Assembly: GCA_012862495.1 (NCBI GenBank)
Contig: BLSG01000090.1
Location: 1-64,000, forward strand
DNA: 64,000 bases
Direction: 5' to 3'
Origin: Thraustochytrium aureum
Taxonomy: Eukaryota
Each line of letters begins with the position of its first letter. Positions within the stretch are counted from its first letter, which is position 1. Both the position numbers and the translations under genes were made by a program. Shown here one piece after another: positions 1 to 12,239 of the stretch. Below the pieces are notes generated by a model. It worked only from the letters and a program-made list of their open reading frames with translations. It had not been told where the DNA came from and made no database searches.

Positions 1-1
1 C

Positions 2-133
2 CCCGATCCGTGGCTCGCCCAAGGAACGCGCCCCAGCGACTCGATCATGCGCTTTAGCCGGTGTCTCCGCGGCCAAGTGTACTACATCCCGTCCGCCCAG
101 CAGCTTCAGGCGCTGGCAGAGATGCGCTGCTGA
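2..133 (+). CDS. C-terminal fragment of a probable DyP-type (dye-decolorizing) peroxidase
   Basis: Frame +2 reads PDPWLAQGTRPSDSIMRFSRCLRGQVYYIPSAQQLQALAEMRC*. This resembles the DyP C-terminal pattern D-x-L-x-R-F-[ST]-x4-G-x-Y-[FY]-x-P-S. The rest of the gene lies left of the window. Confidence 0.55.
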   Translation, partial: PDPWLAQGTRPSDSIMRFSRCLRGQVYYIPSAQQLQALAEMRC

Positions 134-318
134 AGCGCAGCGATCGGGCCCTCGCCGCCGGCAGTCCTGGCGCTTTCCAGCTCGACTAGTTTGGTCGAGG
201 CCTCGGCTCGCCAGGGAAAGGCGGTGGCCTGCAGCAGTAGTAAAAACCGAGAAAGAAGGCGATGTTGCTTTTCTCTCTCCCGACGACGGACACTCGCTCT
301 CTCGAGCTAGCTCTAGCT

Positions 319-3300
319 CTAGCTGGAGTCCTCCCCGGTTGAGCCAGCTCCGCCCCTGGCGCCCGCAAAGGAGGCCTCAGAGGCGTCCAGAGACCCGGTG
401 CTCGAACCGTCCCCAGCGTCGCTGTCCGAGTCGGAGCCACCTTGGCGCTCTGCTCCGCCGAGCTCGACGCGCCGCCTTAGCGACGCGAGTTCCTTAGCGG
501 AGAGCGGTTCAGCTACCCTGGCACCGCTTGCCACAGCTCCTCGACCAGCCGCATCAGCAGCCACCTCGATACCGACTCGGTCCTTTTCAACAGCGACAGC
601 GCGCCGAAGCAAGTCCGAATCAGGGCCACGCCCGACGTCCCACGGCGGGTGCGACGATGACGGTTGCACGACCGCGCGATAGAGCAGATCCAACGGCACA
701 TCTTCGCCATCGCTCAAGTCGCCCGGAGCGACGTCGAGCTGGCCTTCGGAGAGCGACCGCGACTCGCCCGAATCGCCAGAGCGCGCCGACTCGTCCTCGC
801 TGTCAGACCAGTCAAGCAGAGTTGATGAAAATGCCTTGAGCCGCGGCGCGCTGAGCGGTGGCCCTTGCAGCAGGACACTCCCAAGGTCCACGCCCACGTG
901 GTCCGTCGCAGAGACCGCACGGGGCAAGACCCCCGGCGACGCTGGTGCGCTTGATCCATCATCAAGATCATCGGCGAGCTTGCGCTCGTCCGGGCCCTCG
1001 TCTGCCCCGCGCGCGCCTTCTCCGTCGTCGCCTTCTTCTGTGAGAAACGTGGCGTCCAGGTCTGTTTCGCGGCCTTTCGTTTCGTCGATAGGCGAAAGTT
1101 GGCTGTCCCCGCTTGCCGCGTCTTTGCCCTCGGCATGCTTTCGCTTCGTCCGCCTCCGTCTCGTCGTCTTCGACTCGTCGGGCAAACCCTCGCAAGTCGT
1201 GCCCCTCCTGGGCCCCAGCGCCGTCCCAATTCGCCTCATCGAGCTCTGTCTGCGTGGACAGAGAGGCGCACTGCACGGCGTCGCGGACCGTTGGCTCAGC
1301 CGCAGCAGCTGCAACTCCTGTCGTCGCGGCGCGAGAGAGCTCTGCGCGCATCTCCGCGGCCTGCTGAATGGCAAGCGAGAACGCAGAGCGCTGCACCTCG
1401 GCAAGCTGGGCAACTGCTTCCCGGACCTGATCAGCTCGAGCGCGCTCGAGCTCGGCTTGCGCCGACTCTCGCTTCTCGATGCTCGCCTGAAGCGCGTCGA
1501 GCGCTTGAGCGCGCGCTTCGAGCTGGCGTTGGCTTTCTTGCCGCCCTTCTTCCTGCACCCGCAGCTCGAAGGCGGCGCTCCTCTCCCTGACGTCCTTCTC
1601 CTGCCGGTCCAGTGCAGCTTGCCGCTCTACAACCGCGCGCTCCGCCGCCTCAGCTGCGAGACGCGACGCCAGCGCTGCCGCTGCGGCACGCTCCGCTAAT
1701 TGCGCAGCTGCCTCCGCGTGCTCTCCAGTACCGCTTGCGCTCTCGACGCCGTCGCGCGCACGAGCGGTTTCGCCGCCCGCGCGCTGCTCAGCGGCAAGCT
1801 GCTCGAGAAACATGTGCGTCACGAGGTCCAGGATGTTCTCGTCAGACCAAACCTGGTCGCCGAAGCGGTCGCCAAAGCTGCGACCACAGTCGCCGCCCAA
1901 GCGGCCGGCGATTACGTCACGCGCCGCGGCCAGCACCGTTGCATCGTCGACGGCTTCGCCCTGATCAACAAACCACTGAACGACTCCGCCATCTACAAGC
2001 GCGCCTCCCGCTCCGGTTGGTCCCGGGGCCGCCTCGCGCTGCTCTGTCCAACTTGCGCCGTGCTCGCGGCCGGCGACAAGAATTTCGGCGAGGACAGCAC
2101 TGGAAAGGTAGCTGGCAACCTGCTCCTCAGTAGGCACCACGACGCGCCGAGGCTCGAGCGAGTCGATCGCCAAAACTGCCCTACCGTCTCCTGCGCGCAG
2201 AACGTCCTCGCCGCGGTCCCCGACGAGCACGGTAACGGTCTCGCGAGTCTCGGCGCAGGCAGGTCGCGTCTCCTCCCTCCGGTGGCCTTGGACGTCGAAG
2301 GACAAAATCGCCTCCAGCTCACGCGCAGCCCGAGCTGAAACGGCGGCGAGCTCCTCGGACGCGCTTGATGCCAAGCGGCGCCCTCCAAGACCGCGGGCCG
2401 CGCCATCGACGGCAAGCTCGACAACCTGGCGCGAACGGACCGGGTCTCCCTCGACTCGCGCCACAGTCTGGCTTTCCTCTCGCGCGCGATCCTGCAGCAG
2501 TTCGTCAATGAGCCGAAAGGCGTGCGCGAAAACAGACCCCGCTCGCAGCAAGTCCCTGACGGTTTCGCCCAGGCCGCCAGGCGGAGCGTGTGCCCTAAAC
2601 GCCGCCTCCGCGCGCCCGATCGCTTCTTCGCACAGGCTGGCTGGCTCCCCGTGAGCATCATCGCCACAGTCTGCACCGACCCCCACGCCAGCGCTCGCGC
2701 TCGCCACTGAACCTACGAACTGGTCGAGTCTGCGCGCAAGCTCAACGAGCGTCGCCAGTGTTGTGCGCACAGCGACTTGCTCCGCGGCTGGCCGCACTTG
2801 ACCTATCCGTGACGACTCCTGCTCGATTGCCGCTTGGACTCCGGCGAGCTCAAGCTCAGCGAGCGCGCCCTTGAACGCTTGGACGAGCGCTGCTGCTTGG
2901 ACGGCCGCCTGCTCGCAAGCGTCCAGGGCACGACCCACCTGGCCTTTGAACGTACTGTCCGCTGCTTGTATCGCCGCCGCAGCTCGCTTGGAAACAGATC
3001 GCGCGTGCATGGCGCTGTGCACCGCTGCGGCAGCATGCACGGCGGCGAACAGCGCATCGTCCTCCATGTCCGAAGGCCAGGCTTGAAGCAAGCGGACCAA
3101 GGCAGTGCGCACTGCCTCGGGCATGGGGTGCCCAAGCTCTGCTTGAAACGAGACGGCAACCACGCACGCGCAGAGCGCAGGCGAAAGCACGCGTGGTGGC
3201 TGCCCAAACCCAAAAGGAGCACAGTCCAGGAGGACTAGGAACTGCGACAGGTCGCGCCCTCCCACTTGGCCCCTGAGCTGCGCAGCCACTAGCTCCTGGG

Positions 3301-5270
3301 TGACTGCCTTCAAAACGGCCTCAGTCGCCAGCCTGCGCCCCATGGCGAACCCGGCACGCGCAGCGAGGAGGCAGCCGCCAATCGCATTCTCCGCGCCGCC
3401 TTCCAGAGACCCGACCTGGGCCAGGATTGCCCGCACAGCCTGCATTGCCGTTCTAAGCGCGACACGGTCTGGTCGGCCGTGTAGGCTTGCGAATGCTCGC
3501 GCCGTTCCCGAAATCGAACGCGTGAGCGACCTCAACGCATCGTCCGCTCCAGAAGCCGCCGTTTCTCCGACCCGAGAGTGTCGGGACGGCCGGAACCGCA
3601 GTAGTCGCTGTTGCGGCGTCCTCGACCTGCTCGATCGGTTGCTTGCTCGGAGCGTGGGGCTCTGACGACCTCGAAGGGCTCCTCGGCGGGGATTGGCTTT
3701 GCACGTGAGCGCTTTCAGCGCTTTGCGGCTCCGCAAAGACCGGGTCTGGCGCTGGCACTTGAGCCTTCTCGCTCGCCTCAAAGACGTCTTGCAGGTTCCG
3801 GCGGCCCTCTAGGCGATCGAGAAGTTCAGCGATGGATCCAACCGAAAAGGAATCGTCCCCGATCGTTTCGATACCGCCGGCGAGGTTACGGGTGGACGAC
3901 GCGCTTTGCGCCGGGCGGGAGCAGCTTTGCCTGCGATTTGCGAGTGCCCCCAGTCGGTTGTGCGTTTGCGTTTTGGACGCTGCCAGAGCGCCGGGAGCTG
4001 CCCCGCTGGAGCTGCAGCTGAGCATCGCTCTTGCGCCTCTTCCCGTCTGCGCTATGCGCGGCCCGGGCCTTTTCGCTCCGGTCGAGCGGTTGCTCGTAGT
4101 GCGGTCGCTGGAGTGGATCGCCCACCGCGCCCCCGTAAACAGCCCGCTCGTTCTCCCTCACAAGCGCGGCAACGCGGTCGCGCTCCTCCTGCTCGCGCGC
4201 TAGCGCTTGCTGGAGCACGCGTGGCATTTTGGGAGGCCCCCGTTGCGTGGATCCGGAAGTGGTGTACTTGGACGGCACCATCCACGGAGCGAGGTGCTCG
4301 TTGTGCCTCTGCGCCCCGTCGCGCTGCCGGCGCGAGGGTTTTGGTGCGCTGCGCGCTTGATAGGCGATCTGTTGCTCCACAAACGAGTCGATCTCAGCGC
4401 CCACCTCTTGGATTCGCGACCCGACGGACCCTGCCACAGTGCTGAAGCCGTCAGGCTCTCCGAGCGCACCAGACTGGAGCCTTGCCTCGCCCAGCTGACG
4501 CTCCAAGCGCCGGCGCTCCTCCGTGATCGCCCTGGCCTCGGCCTGCAAAACCTCGTGGTCGAAGGCCTTGTCGAGGCGCGGGATCCACGGTGCGCGCGCT
4601 CTGGCGCTGCCGCTCTTTGAGAGGGTTTGGTGGGGGTCCATAGCACTCAGGAACCCCAGGGGGGCGCGCGCCGCCACCTCGCTCATGTCACGGTAGCTTT
4701 TCACCAAGGTCTGGATACGCTGGTGCAGCTCTTTGGACGCCCTGCTCGTGTCTGCCTCGATTTCATGCACCGCGCTGGTCAGGGCGGGAAAGCGGTTCAA
4801 GAGCGCCTCCGTCTCTCGGCCAACCTCCTTGAGCGTTCCTCGAACAAGCGACACCGAGCGGAGGCCAGCCACGTCGCGTCTAAGCGACTCCAGCTCGGAC
4901 CGCAGCTTGGAAGACTCGCTGGCTTCCTCGGCGGTGTTGTTGTCCCAGTCTTCTGCTTGAGAACGCGCGGGGGCAGTTTCAGGATTGCTCACTTGCTCCC
5001 CTACTCTTGGCGCTGAGGCGCGGAAGGGGCGTCGAGATGGCCCAACTCGAAGAACGCGATTTACGTTTGCGTTGGCCGCCAGGTTCTCAGCCGCGTCCAC
5101 GACGCCCAGCTCGGGCGCCTCGTGACCTGGCTCGACAAGAATCGGCTTGGCTCGCGCCTGCGCTAGCCGGCGACCGGTTGACGCTTGCACGGTGCTTTTC
5201 AGCCTCGCGGCAGGCGGGCCGTGCTCCGCGCGATTGCGAGTCGCTCCGCGCCCTGCCGCGGCACGCGTTG
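319..5270 (-). CDS. Large coiled-coil protein, TALPID3/KIAA0586-like (centriole/basal body); 5' end in gap, three apparent frameshifts
   Basis: Chained ORFs 3886-5270, 3453-4025, 968-3781 and 319-1413. Contains coiled coils, GGVVQWFVDQGEAVDDATVLAAARDVIAGRLG (resembles the TALPID3 LQLFVDAGVPV...ETIAVMLG block as I recall it) and C-terminal SLSEGQ/DLSDGE motifs. Confidence 0.45.
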
Positions 5271-6021
5271 NNNNNNNNNNNNNNNNNNNNNNNNNNNNNN
5301 NNNNNNNNNNNNNNNNNNNNNNNNNNNNNNNNNNNNNNNNNNNNNNNNNNNNNNNNNNNNNNNNNNNNNNNNNNNNNNNNNNNNNNNNNNNNNNNNNNNN
5401 NNNNNNNNNNNNNNNNNNNNNNNNNNNNNNNNNNNNNNNNNNNNNNNNNNNNNNNNNNNNNNNNNNNNNNNNNNNNNNNNNNNNNNNNNNNNNNNNNNNN
5501 NNNNNNNNNNNNNNNNNNNNNNNNNNNNNNNNNNNNNNNNNNNNNNNNNNNNNNNNNNNNNNNNNNNNNNNNNNNNNNNNNNNNNNNNNNNNNNNNNNNN
5601 NNNNNNNNNNNNNNNNNNNNNNNNNNNNNNNNNNNNNNNNNNNNNNNNNNNNNNNNNNNNNNNNNNNNNNNNNNNNNNNNNNNNNNNNNNNNNNNNNNNN
5701 NNNNNNNNNNNNNNNNNNNNNNNNNNNNNNNNNNNNNNNNNNNNNNNNNNNNNNNNNNNNNNNNNNNNNNNNNNNNNNNNNNNNNNNNNNNNNNNNNNNN
5801 NNNNNNNNNNNNNNNNNNNNNNNNNNNNNNNNNNNNNNNNNNNNNNNNNNNNNNNNNNNNNNNNNNNNNNNNNNNNNNNNNNNNNNNNNNNNNNNNNNNN
5901 NNNNNNNNNNNNNNNNNNNNNNNNNNNNNNNNNNNNNNNNNNNNNCAACGCACGAACGCTCCTGCAATCGCAACGCACAATCGCGCCACGCGTACGCCCG
6001 CACGCTGATTGGCAGCCTGGC

Positions 6022-8258
6022 ATGGACGCGGAGACCCTGGACGAGGTCGAGGCGCACGTCGCTCTAGCTCCAGCTGGCAACGCGGCGCTGGCCCTAGATG
6101 GTAAAGGTAGCGGCGACGCTGGGGCCGGGGACGTTCAGCGACGCGGCGACGACGGAGGGCGAGGGTCCATGGCGCGGGACGGCTTGCCGACGGACGACGA
6201 CTCTAGCGAGGACGAGGACGAGGACGATGATGAGCTCGGAGGCATCGACTGGAACTTCGGACCCGCTCCAGGCGCTGCTTTGAACGGTGCAGACGTGATA
6301 GTCCTGGAAACGGAGGGGTCTGGGCTCGCCCCTGACGGCGACCGAGAGCCGCCGAGGAAGAAACGGAGAGGCGGCAAGCGACAGTCTCGCAAGCGCGTGC
6401 GCGCCGAGCTCGTGCATCGCATGGACTTGCTGTGCGAAACGGCTCTCGCTATGCGCCTGAGCGCCGCTTGCGATGAGGCAGACGTCTTGAAGACCGCAGC
6501 TGAAGCGATGCCTACACCGTTCCGCACAATAGACTGCCAGAAGCGTCTCCATCTGCTTGTGGGATGGTTCTCGACGTCCTTTACGTTGTTGGACGCGCAC
6601 AGTGGCGCGCCGCTCTCTAAAGTGCTGCAAAGCAAGTCGGGCTCGCGGGCAGAGCTCGTTCAGGCATTCGTGGCTCTGTGCAGGTCGGTCGGTGTACCGT
6701 GCAGGCTTGTTTGCGCTTTGCGGCCAAAGCCGCGGCTACGGTCGCTTCCGGCGCCGTCTCGGCGAGGCGGGGGCGGCGCAAGCCCGGGCTCTGCAAAAGA
6801 TGCACTGGTATGGGCCGAGGCTCTGGTTGCTGGCAAGGACCACGAACCTCCAAGGTGGGCCTATGTGGACCCGGCAGCGCCCGTCGCGGAGGCGCGGCCC
6901 CGCTTTGGCGCCGACACCCCGCACGTTCTCGCGCTGGGCCCTGGAAACTTTGCCATGGACATCACCGCAAAGTACGCAGAGCGCTGGAGCGTCACCGAGA
7001 AAGCGAGGCACCGCGAGAACGACGGGTGGTGGCGGTTTTACGTTTGCTGCCGCTCCAGGCGAGCGCCCGGAACTGGTACGAGTCCGCGCCGCACCTCGGC
7101 ACTTTCCAGCGCGTCGCCTTCGTGAGCAGCGTCGGCCCGGAGGTCGTCGAGGCAGAGCGTGCGGAGCTGGAGCGAGCCGCGCTGGCCGAGTCCATGCCGA
7201 CGAGCGTGGATGGATTTCGGCGGCACAAGGCCTATGTTCTAGAAAAGCACCTGGGTCGCAACCACGGCCTCGTTCCGGGCGCGCAGCCGGCAGGGGTCTT
7301 CAAAGGCGACAGCGTGTTCCTGCGATCCCAAGTTTGCGACTTGCTTTCGAAAACGCAGTGGAAGCGGCAGGCACGGATCGTTCGCAGCGCCGAGCTCGAC
7401 AAGCCAGTCAAGCTTGTTGAGCCAGTGCGTCGCGGCGCTGGCACGACCTTTGCGGCAGCGACGAGGGAGCTCGACTGTGGGCGCGAAGACGAAGTCGCCG
7501 CGCATTCGCGCCAGCCGTCAGGTTCAGCGGGGGCTCTCCCTTCCACCTTGGGCGGCGCCGAGAACGAGATCGAGGAAGAGGACGAGCTGGCCGACGGGCA
7601 AGGCGACGCAGACGCGGGCAAAATACGTCTGTACGGCCCGTGGCAGACAGACGAGTACGTTGCGCCAACCATCGGCGAGGACGGGACTGTGCCAAAGTCG
7701 AGCTTTGGAAATGTCGAGTTGTGGACGCCGGCGTTCTGCCCGAAGGGCGCGGTGCACATCCGCGACGCAAGCGCAGGGCGCGCTGCGGCACAGCTCGGGA
7801 TCGACTACGCGCCCGCGCTCGTGGGCTTCGAGCGCCGAGACGGTAGGCAGCTGCCAAAGATCGAGGGGATTGTCGTTGCGGAACGGTTCGCACAGGTGAC
7901 GCGCGACGCAGCGCTTGCACTGGAGCAAAAGCGGCTCGAAAACTTGGCCAAGAAGCGCACAGCAGCGATCCTGGAGCGCTGGGTCCGCCTTTCGAAGGCT
8001 GTTCTTGTGGCTGAGAGCTTGCGAGTACGGTACACGCAAGGCCCCGGAGGGGCGACGACCAATGGGAAGGCGCGCGACCCGCTTGGGAGCGAGAGCACGG
8101 CGCGAGAGCAAAGGCTGCTCGCAGCAAGCCGGCCGCCGGTCGGGTCTCGCAGCGAGGTCTGCCAGCACCACTTCGAAAGCACTGGTGTTGTGGACGGCGA
8201 GAGGCTGGAGAAGCGCTGCAGAGTCTGCGGAATCTCCAAATTCGTCGAGGAGTTGTAG
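6022..8258 (+). CDS. XPC: XPC/Rad4 DNA damage recognition protein (frameshift near 7035)
   Basis: Transglutaminase-like region (FVALCRSVGVPCRLVCAL, WAE, WAYVDP, DITAKYA) and BHD domains (PTSVDGFRRHKAYVLEKHL, LYGPWQTDEY, VPKSSFGNVE, IDYAPALVGFE, PKIEGIVV). Joins ORFs 5185-7125 and 6678-8258. Confidence 0.93.
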
Positions 8259-9432
8259 GTACTTGCTCGAGTTCTGTTGCTATGTAAGGTATGGTCATTG
8301 ATGGATACTATAAACTTGGCGGCGGGCGCAGGGCCAGCCGCTTCCACGCTTTCCGTTTTCGAGGGCGGCGCAATCAGTGCGCTGCAAAGCGGCGTTGCAC
8401 GGAGAGACATCTATACATACGCGTAGGCCTGCGCTTGGCTGGAATGCGGCCGGGCCGAGCGACACGGCGTTCGCGCCCACTCGACGAAGACAACGCTGCG
8501 AATCCTAGCGAGCAGCTCGCGACGGGTTCTGCGACCTCGCGGCGCCCCTGTACAGCGCAAGGCAGTGAGCGCACGCCCCTGCCCCCAAGCAGGAAAGCTC
8601 ATGTGACGGCAAGCAGAGCAGGTCGTGCCTCTTCAACAAACTGAACTCTGACCCAACCGTACCAGAGCACAGCGGGCAACCAGAGAGAGTCGNNNNNNNN
8701 NNNNNNNNNNNNNNNNNNNNNNNNNNNNNNNNNNNNNNNNNNNNNNNNNNNNNNNNNNNNNNNNNNNNNNNNNNNNNNNNNNNNNNNNNNNNNNNNNNNN
8801 NNNNNNNNNNNNNNNNNNNNNNNNNNNNNNNNNNNNNNNNNNNNNNNNNNNNNNNNNNNNNNNNNNNNNNNNNNNNNNNNNNNNNNNNNNNNNNNNNNNN
8901 NNNNNNNNNNNNNNNNNNNNNNNNNNNNNNNNNNNNNNNNNNNNNNNNNNNNNNNNNNNNNNNNNNNNNNNNNNNNNNNNNNNNNNNNNNNNNNNNNNNN
9001 NNNNNNNNNNNNNNNNNNNNNNNNNNNNNNNNNNNNNNNNNNNNNNNNNNNNNNNNNNNNNNNNNNNNNNNNNNNNNNNNNNNNNNNNNNNNNNNNNNNN
9101 NNNNNNNNNNNNNNNNNNNNNNNNNNNNNNNNNNNNNNNNNNNNNNNNNNNNNNNNNNNNNNNNNNNNNNNNNNNNNNNNNNNNNNNNNNNNNNNNNNNN
9201 NNNNNNNNNNNNNNNNNNNNNNNNNNNNNNNNNNNNNNNNNNNNNNNNNNNNNNNNNNNNNNNNNNNNNNNNNNNNNNNNNNNNNNNNNNNNNNNNNNNN
9301 NNNNNNNNNNNNNNNNNNNNNNNNNNNNNNNNNNNNNNNNNNNNNNNNNNNNNNNNNNNNNNNNNNNNNNNNNNNNNNNNNNNNNNNNNNNNNNNNNNNN
9401 NNNNNNNNNNNNNNNNNNNNNNNNNNNNNNNN

Positions 9433-11192
9433 GGTGCTGAATGAGCAAACCCAAAGAACGGTGGAAAACCACCCAGCGAAAAGAGCGCAGAAAACCACAA
9501 GTACGCAAGACCAAAAGCCCCTCCTAGACGCCAGACAACGAGGTGGCCCACGACCATGAGGCCGTCATGCTCGATGCTGGGCCGGTGCACGCTGTCCAGC
9601 TGCAGCTTGCGCACCAGAAACATCGGGTACAGGAGCGTCGGGACCAGCACGCTCCAGAGGAAGCGCAGCATCCAATGGCTTGCGAGGTCTACGGCGTATA
9701 CGGTCGGCGTTGGCGCCAAGCTGAGCTGGTCGGGCTGGATCGCCTCGGCAAGTGGATGGTGATCTGTGTTCGATACAGATAGCTTGGCTTGAGCCGTGGG
9801 GACAGTTGAGACGCTTGCCTGGGCGCGCTGGTGCGCCAGCGGTTTGTCGTTTTCCTTGTCGCATGGCTCCTCCTCGGGATCCTCAAAAAACTCCGACCAG
9901 CGTAAGAGTCGAATTGTTGACCGCCAAGGACGCGACCAAATCACCTCGACGGAAAAGCGAGGAGGCGAGTACCACGGCTGGAAGAGGATGTCCCCGTCGC
10001 GGTCCAGCTCGGTGCCGGTAAACGCATGGTGTGCAGCGTGAAAGTGCTGATAGTACATGGCCCAGGGAAAATTGCAGAGCCCGGAGGCGACGATCATTGC
10101 CAGGTAGGCCGCGTCTTGGTGCTGCGTCACGTGACTTAGGTCGTGATTGAGCGCCTGAAACCCGTACGCTGTTGACGCCCCAAACGTCGCTGAAAGAGCA
10201 AGAACGAGTGGCCAGCTGGCCGCTCGACCAACAAGCCAGGACACGACGAGATGCCCCGCCACGAGCGCCACCAAGACGCACACAAGCTGGACGGACGGCG
10301 GAATGCCCCGCGCGCGCCGCTCAAACAACTCGCGTGCCTCGGGGTGCCTCTCCAGGATGCACCGCCGCCGCGCACGGTGCCAGTCGGCGGCTGAAAAGGT
10401 CTTGTTGATTTTTGGAAGGGGTGGAAGCGCGGGCGTTTGGGCTTTGGTCGCAAGAAGATCGGCAGCAGCCCTCATGTCTTGCTCGCACAAGGCGTCGGCG
10501 CCGAGGATGGCCAGCACAAATGCGCGGAGCTGCAGGGCCCGGGCGTGCGATTCCGGGGATACCCCATCTGTACCGGCAAGCTGCAGCACACGAGTGAGGT
10601 CNNNNNNNNNNNNNNNNNNNNNNNNNNNNNNNNNNNNNNNNNNNNNNNNNNNNNNNNNNNNNNNNNNNNNNNNNNNNNNNNNNNNNNNNNNNNNNNNNNN
10701 NNNNNNNNNNNNNNNNNNNNNNNNNNNNNNNNNNNNNNNNNNNNNNNNNNNNNNNNNNNNNNNNNNNNNNNNNNNNNNNNNNNNNNNNNNNNNNNNNNNN
10801 NNNNNNNNNNNNNNNNNNNNNNNNNNNNNNNNNNNNNNNCTCGCGAGGCGCTTCCCGCGCGCGAACGGGACGGTCTTGCGCGCAAGAGCCTGGAACTCTG
10901 TCACAGATAGCCCGACCTGAGCAACCTGCGCCATGTCGCTGTCCTCCGACTCGCTGCAGCCCTCTGCAACAGAGCCAGCGTCGTCCCCGCTTGCACAAAG
11001 AGCTCGGCTTCGGTCCGCGAGCCGCTGGTGGATGCGCTGCATCGCCTCGCCGAGCGGGCCTCGGAGCGGCGGTTCATCGGTGATCCTGCCACTGCCATTG
11101 CCATCCGTGCACTCGCCTCCTCGCGCGAGCTGCGCGCGACTCGCCGCCCCGTCGCCCGCCGCGTCGTCCCAGGCGGACGAAACGGCCGCCAT
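9433..11192 (-). CDS. Sphingolipid delta-4 desaturase (DEGS)-like membrane desaturase with long N-terminal extension; internal gap, 3' end in gap
   Basis: DWHRARRRCILERHPE (DEGS N-terminal motif), His box I HDLSH, His box II HAAHH followed by G...DGD, and TM helices. The third His box is expected in gap 8693-9432. Confidence 0.75.
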
Positions 11193-11982
11193 CCGGCAGC
11201 GGGACCAGCACGTCAAGCGGGTATCCCAGCAAGCGAGCAGACACTGCCAGGCGTTGCGCTACTCTGGCTCCAGCTAGCTTGGACTAGCTTGGCGGCCTGG
11301 CGGCCTGGCAGTCCGGCCGCCGCCCTCGACCCTCTCGCGCGCGCGCGACAGTAGGGAGTATACACAAGCCCCAAGGGCGAGCGATCTCTTCGCTGTTCTA
11401 TCCACGCTGGGACTTGTCTGCCAGCGGCGGGACATCACTGACATCTCTGCGCGCCACGGAGGCCGCGTGCTGAAGAGCCCCAAACCAGGACCGACAGACA
11501 GCCAAAAGACTGATGATTGGAGATGGCGAAGAGCCTGCCAATGATGGGCTTGCGGTGCCGCACCGTGTTGACATGAAACGTCCGAATCGAACGAAGAACG
11601 AGCACATCCAGGAGGCCAAACATCCAGGAGGCCAACAACAAGCGCCCAAGGAAGTAGGTACTTACCTACTCGCGTACTCCCTCCCTGCCTCCTTTCTCAC
11701 CAACTGCACGATGTGGCCATGGCACACACCATTCCCTGGGCGTAGAATGGGAGAATCTCAGCTGCGCAGGCCCTGCCGCAATGCCCGGCGCCTCACAGCA
11801 CGCCGGCGAGGATAGGGCGGTGCCCGCCCCGTTGCTGGTCGATCGATGGACCTGAAGACGGGCTCTGGAGCAGAATCCTTCTCCCACTTCGCCAGAACAG
11901 CAACGCAACGCGGGCTTGGTGGCCGACCTGCTCGCGGCGGACGGACGCGCCTGCGCAGAGCGAGCGGCAGGCTGTCGAGCTC

Positions 11983-11983
11983 G

Positions 11984-12019
<36 letters not shown>

Positions 12020-12069
12020 CTGGCAGGCTGGGCCTCGACAGGCAGCAGCAGCAGCAGCAGCAGCAGCAG
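11983..12069 (+). repeat. (GCAG)9 plus (GCA)9 microsatellites upstream of the ARM gene
   Basis: Directly visible tandem repeats. Confidence 0.95.
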
Positions 12070-12239
12070 GTGGTGCGCGGGTCTCGCAGGCCCTCTCGCC
12101 ACAAAAAGGCCGAGAACAGCGCGAGCTGGCCGACAAGGCGGCAGAAGGCCAGCTTGGTGTGGCCGGAGAGAGCGGGCCCGCGGACGGCGGAGGCAGCGAG
12201 GAGCAAGTGGCCGCGCGGCGGAGCTTGCGGGCGGGCGGC

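Noticed and set aside
836..3665. Long antisense and alternative-frame ORFs here and throughout the ORF track
   Set aside because: They are Arg/Ala/Pro/Ser-rich shadows expected in GC-rich coding DNA and contain no recognisable motifs.
11653..11670. Inverted repeat AGTAGGTA-CT-TACCTACT containing a minus-strand GTAAGT (possible 5' UTR intron donor), and small ORFs at 11398-11649
   Set aside because: No convincing branch point or acceptor, and no protein features. Too short to support a call.
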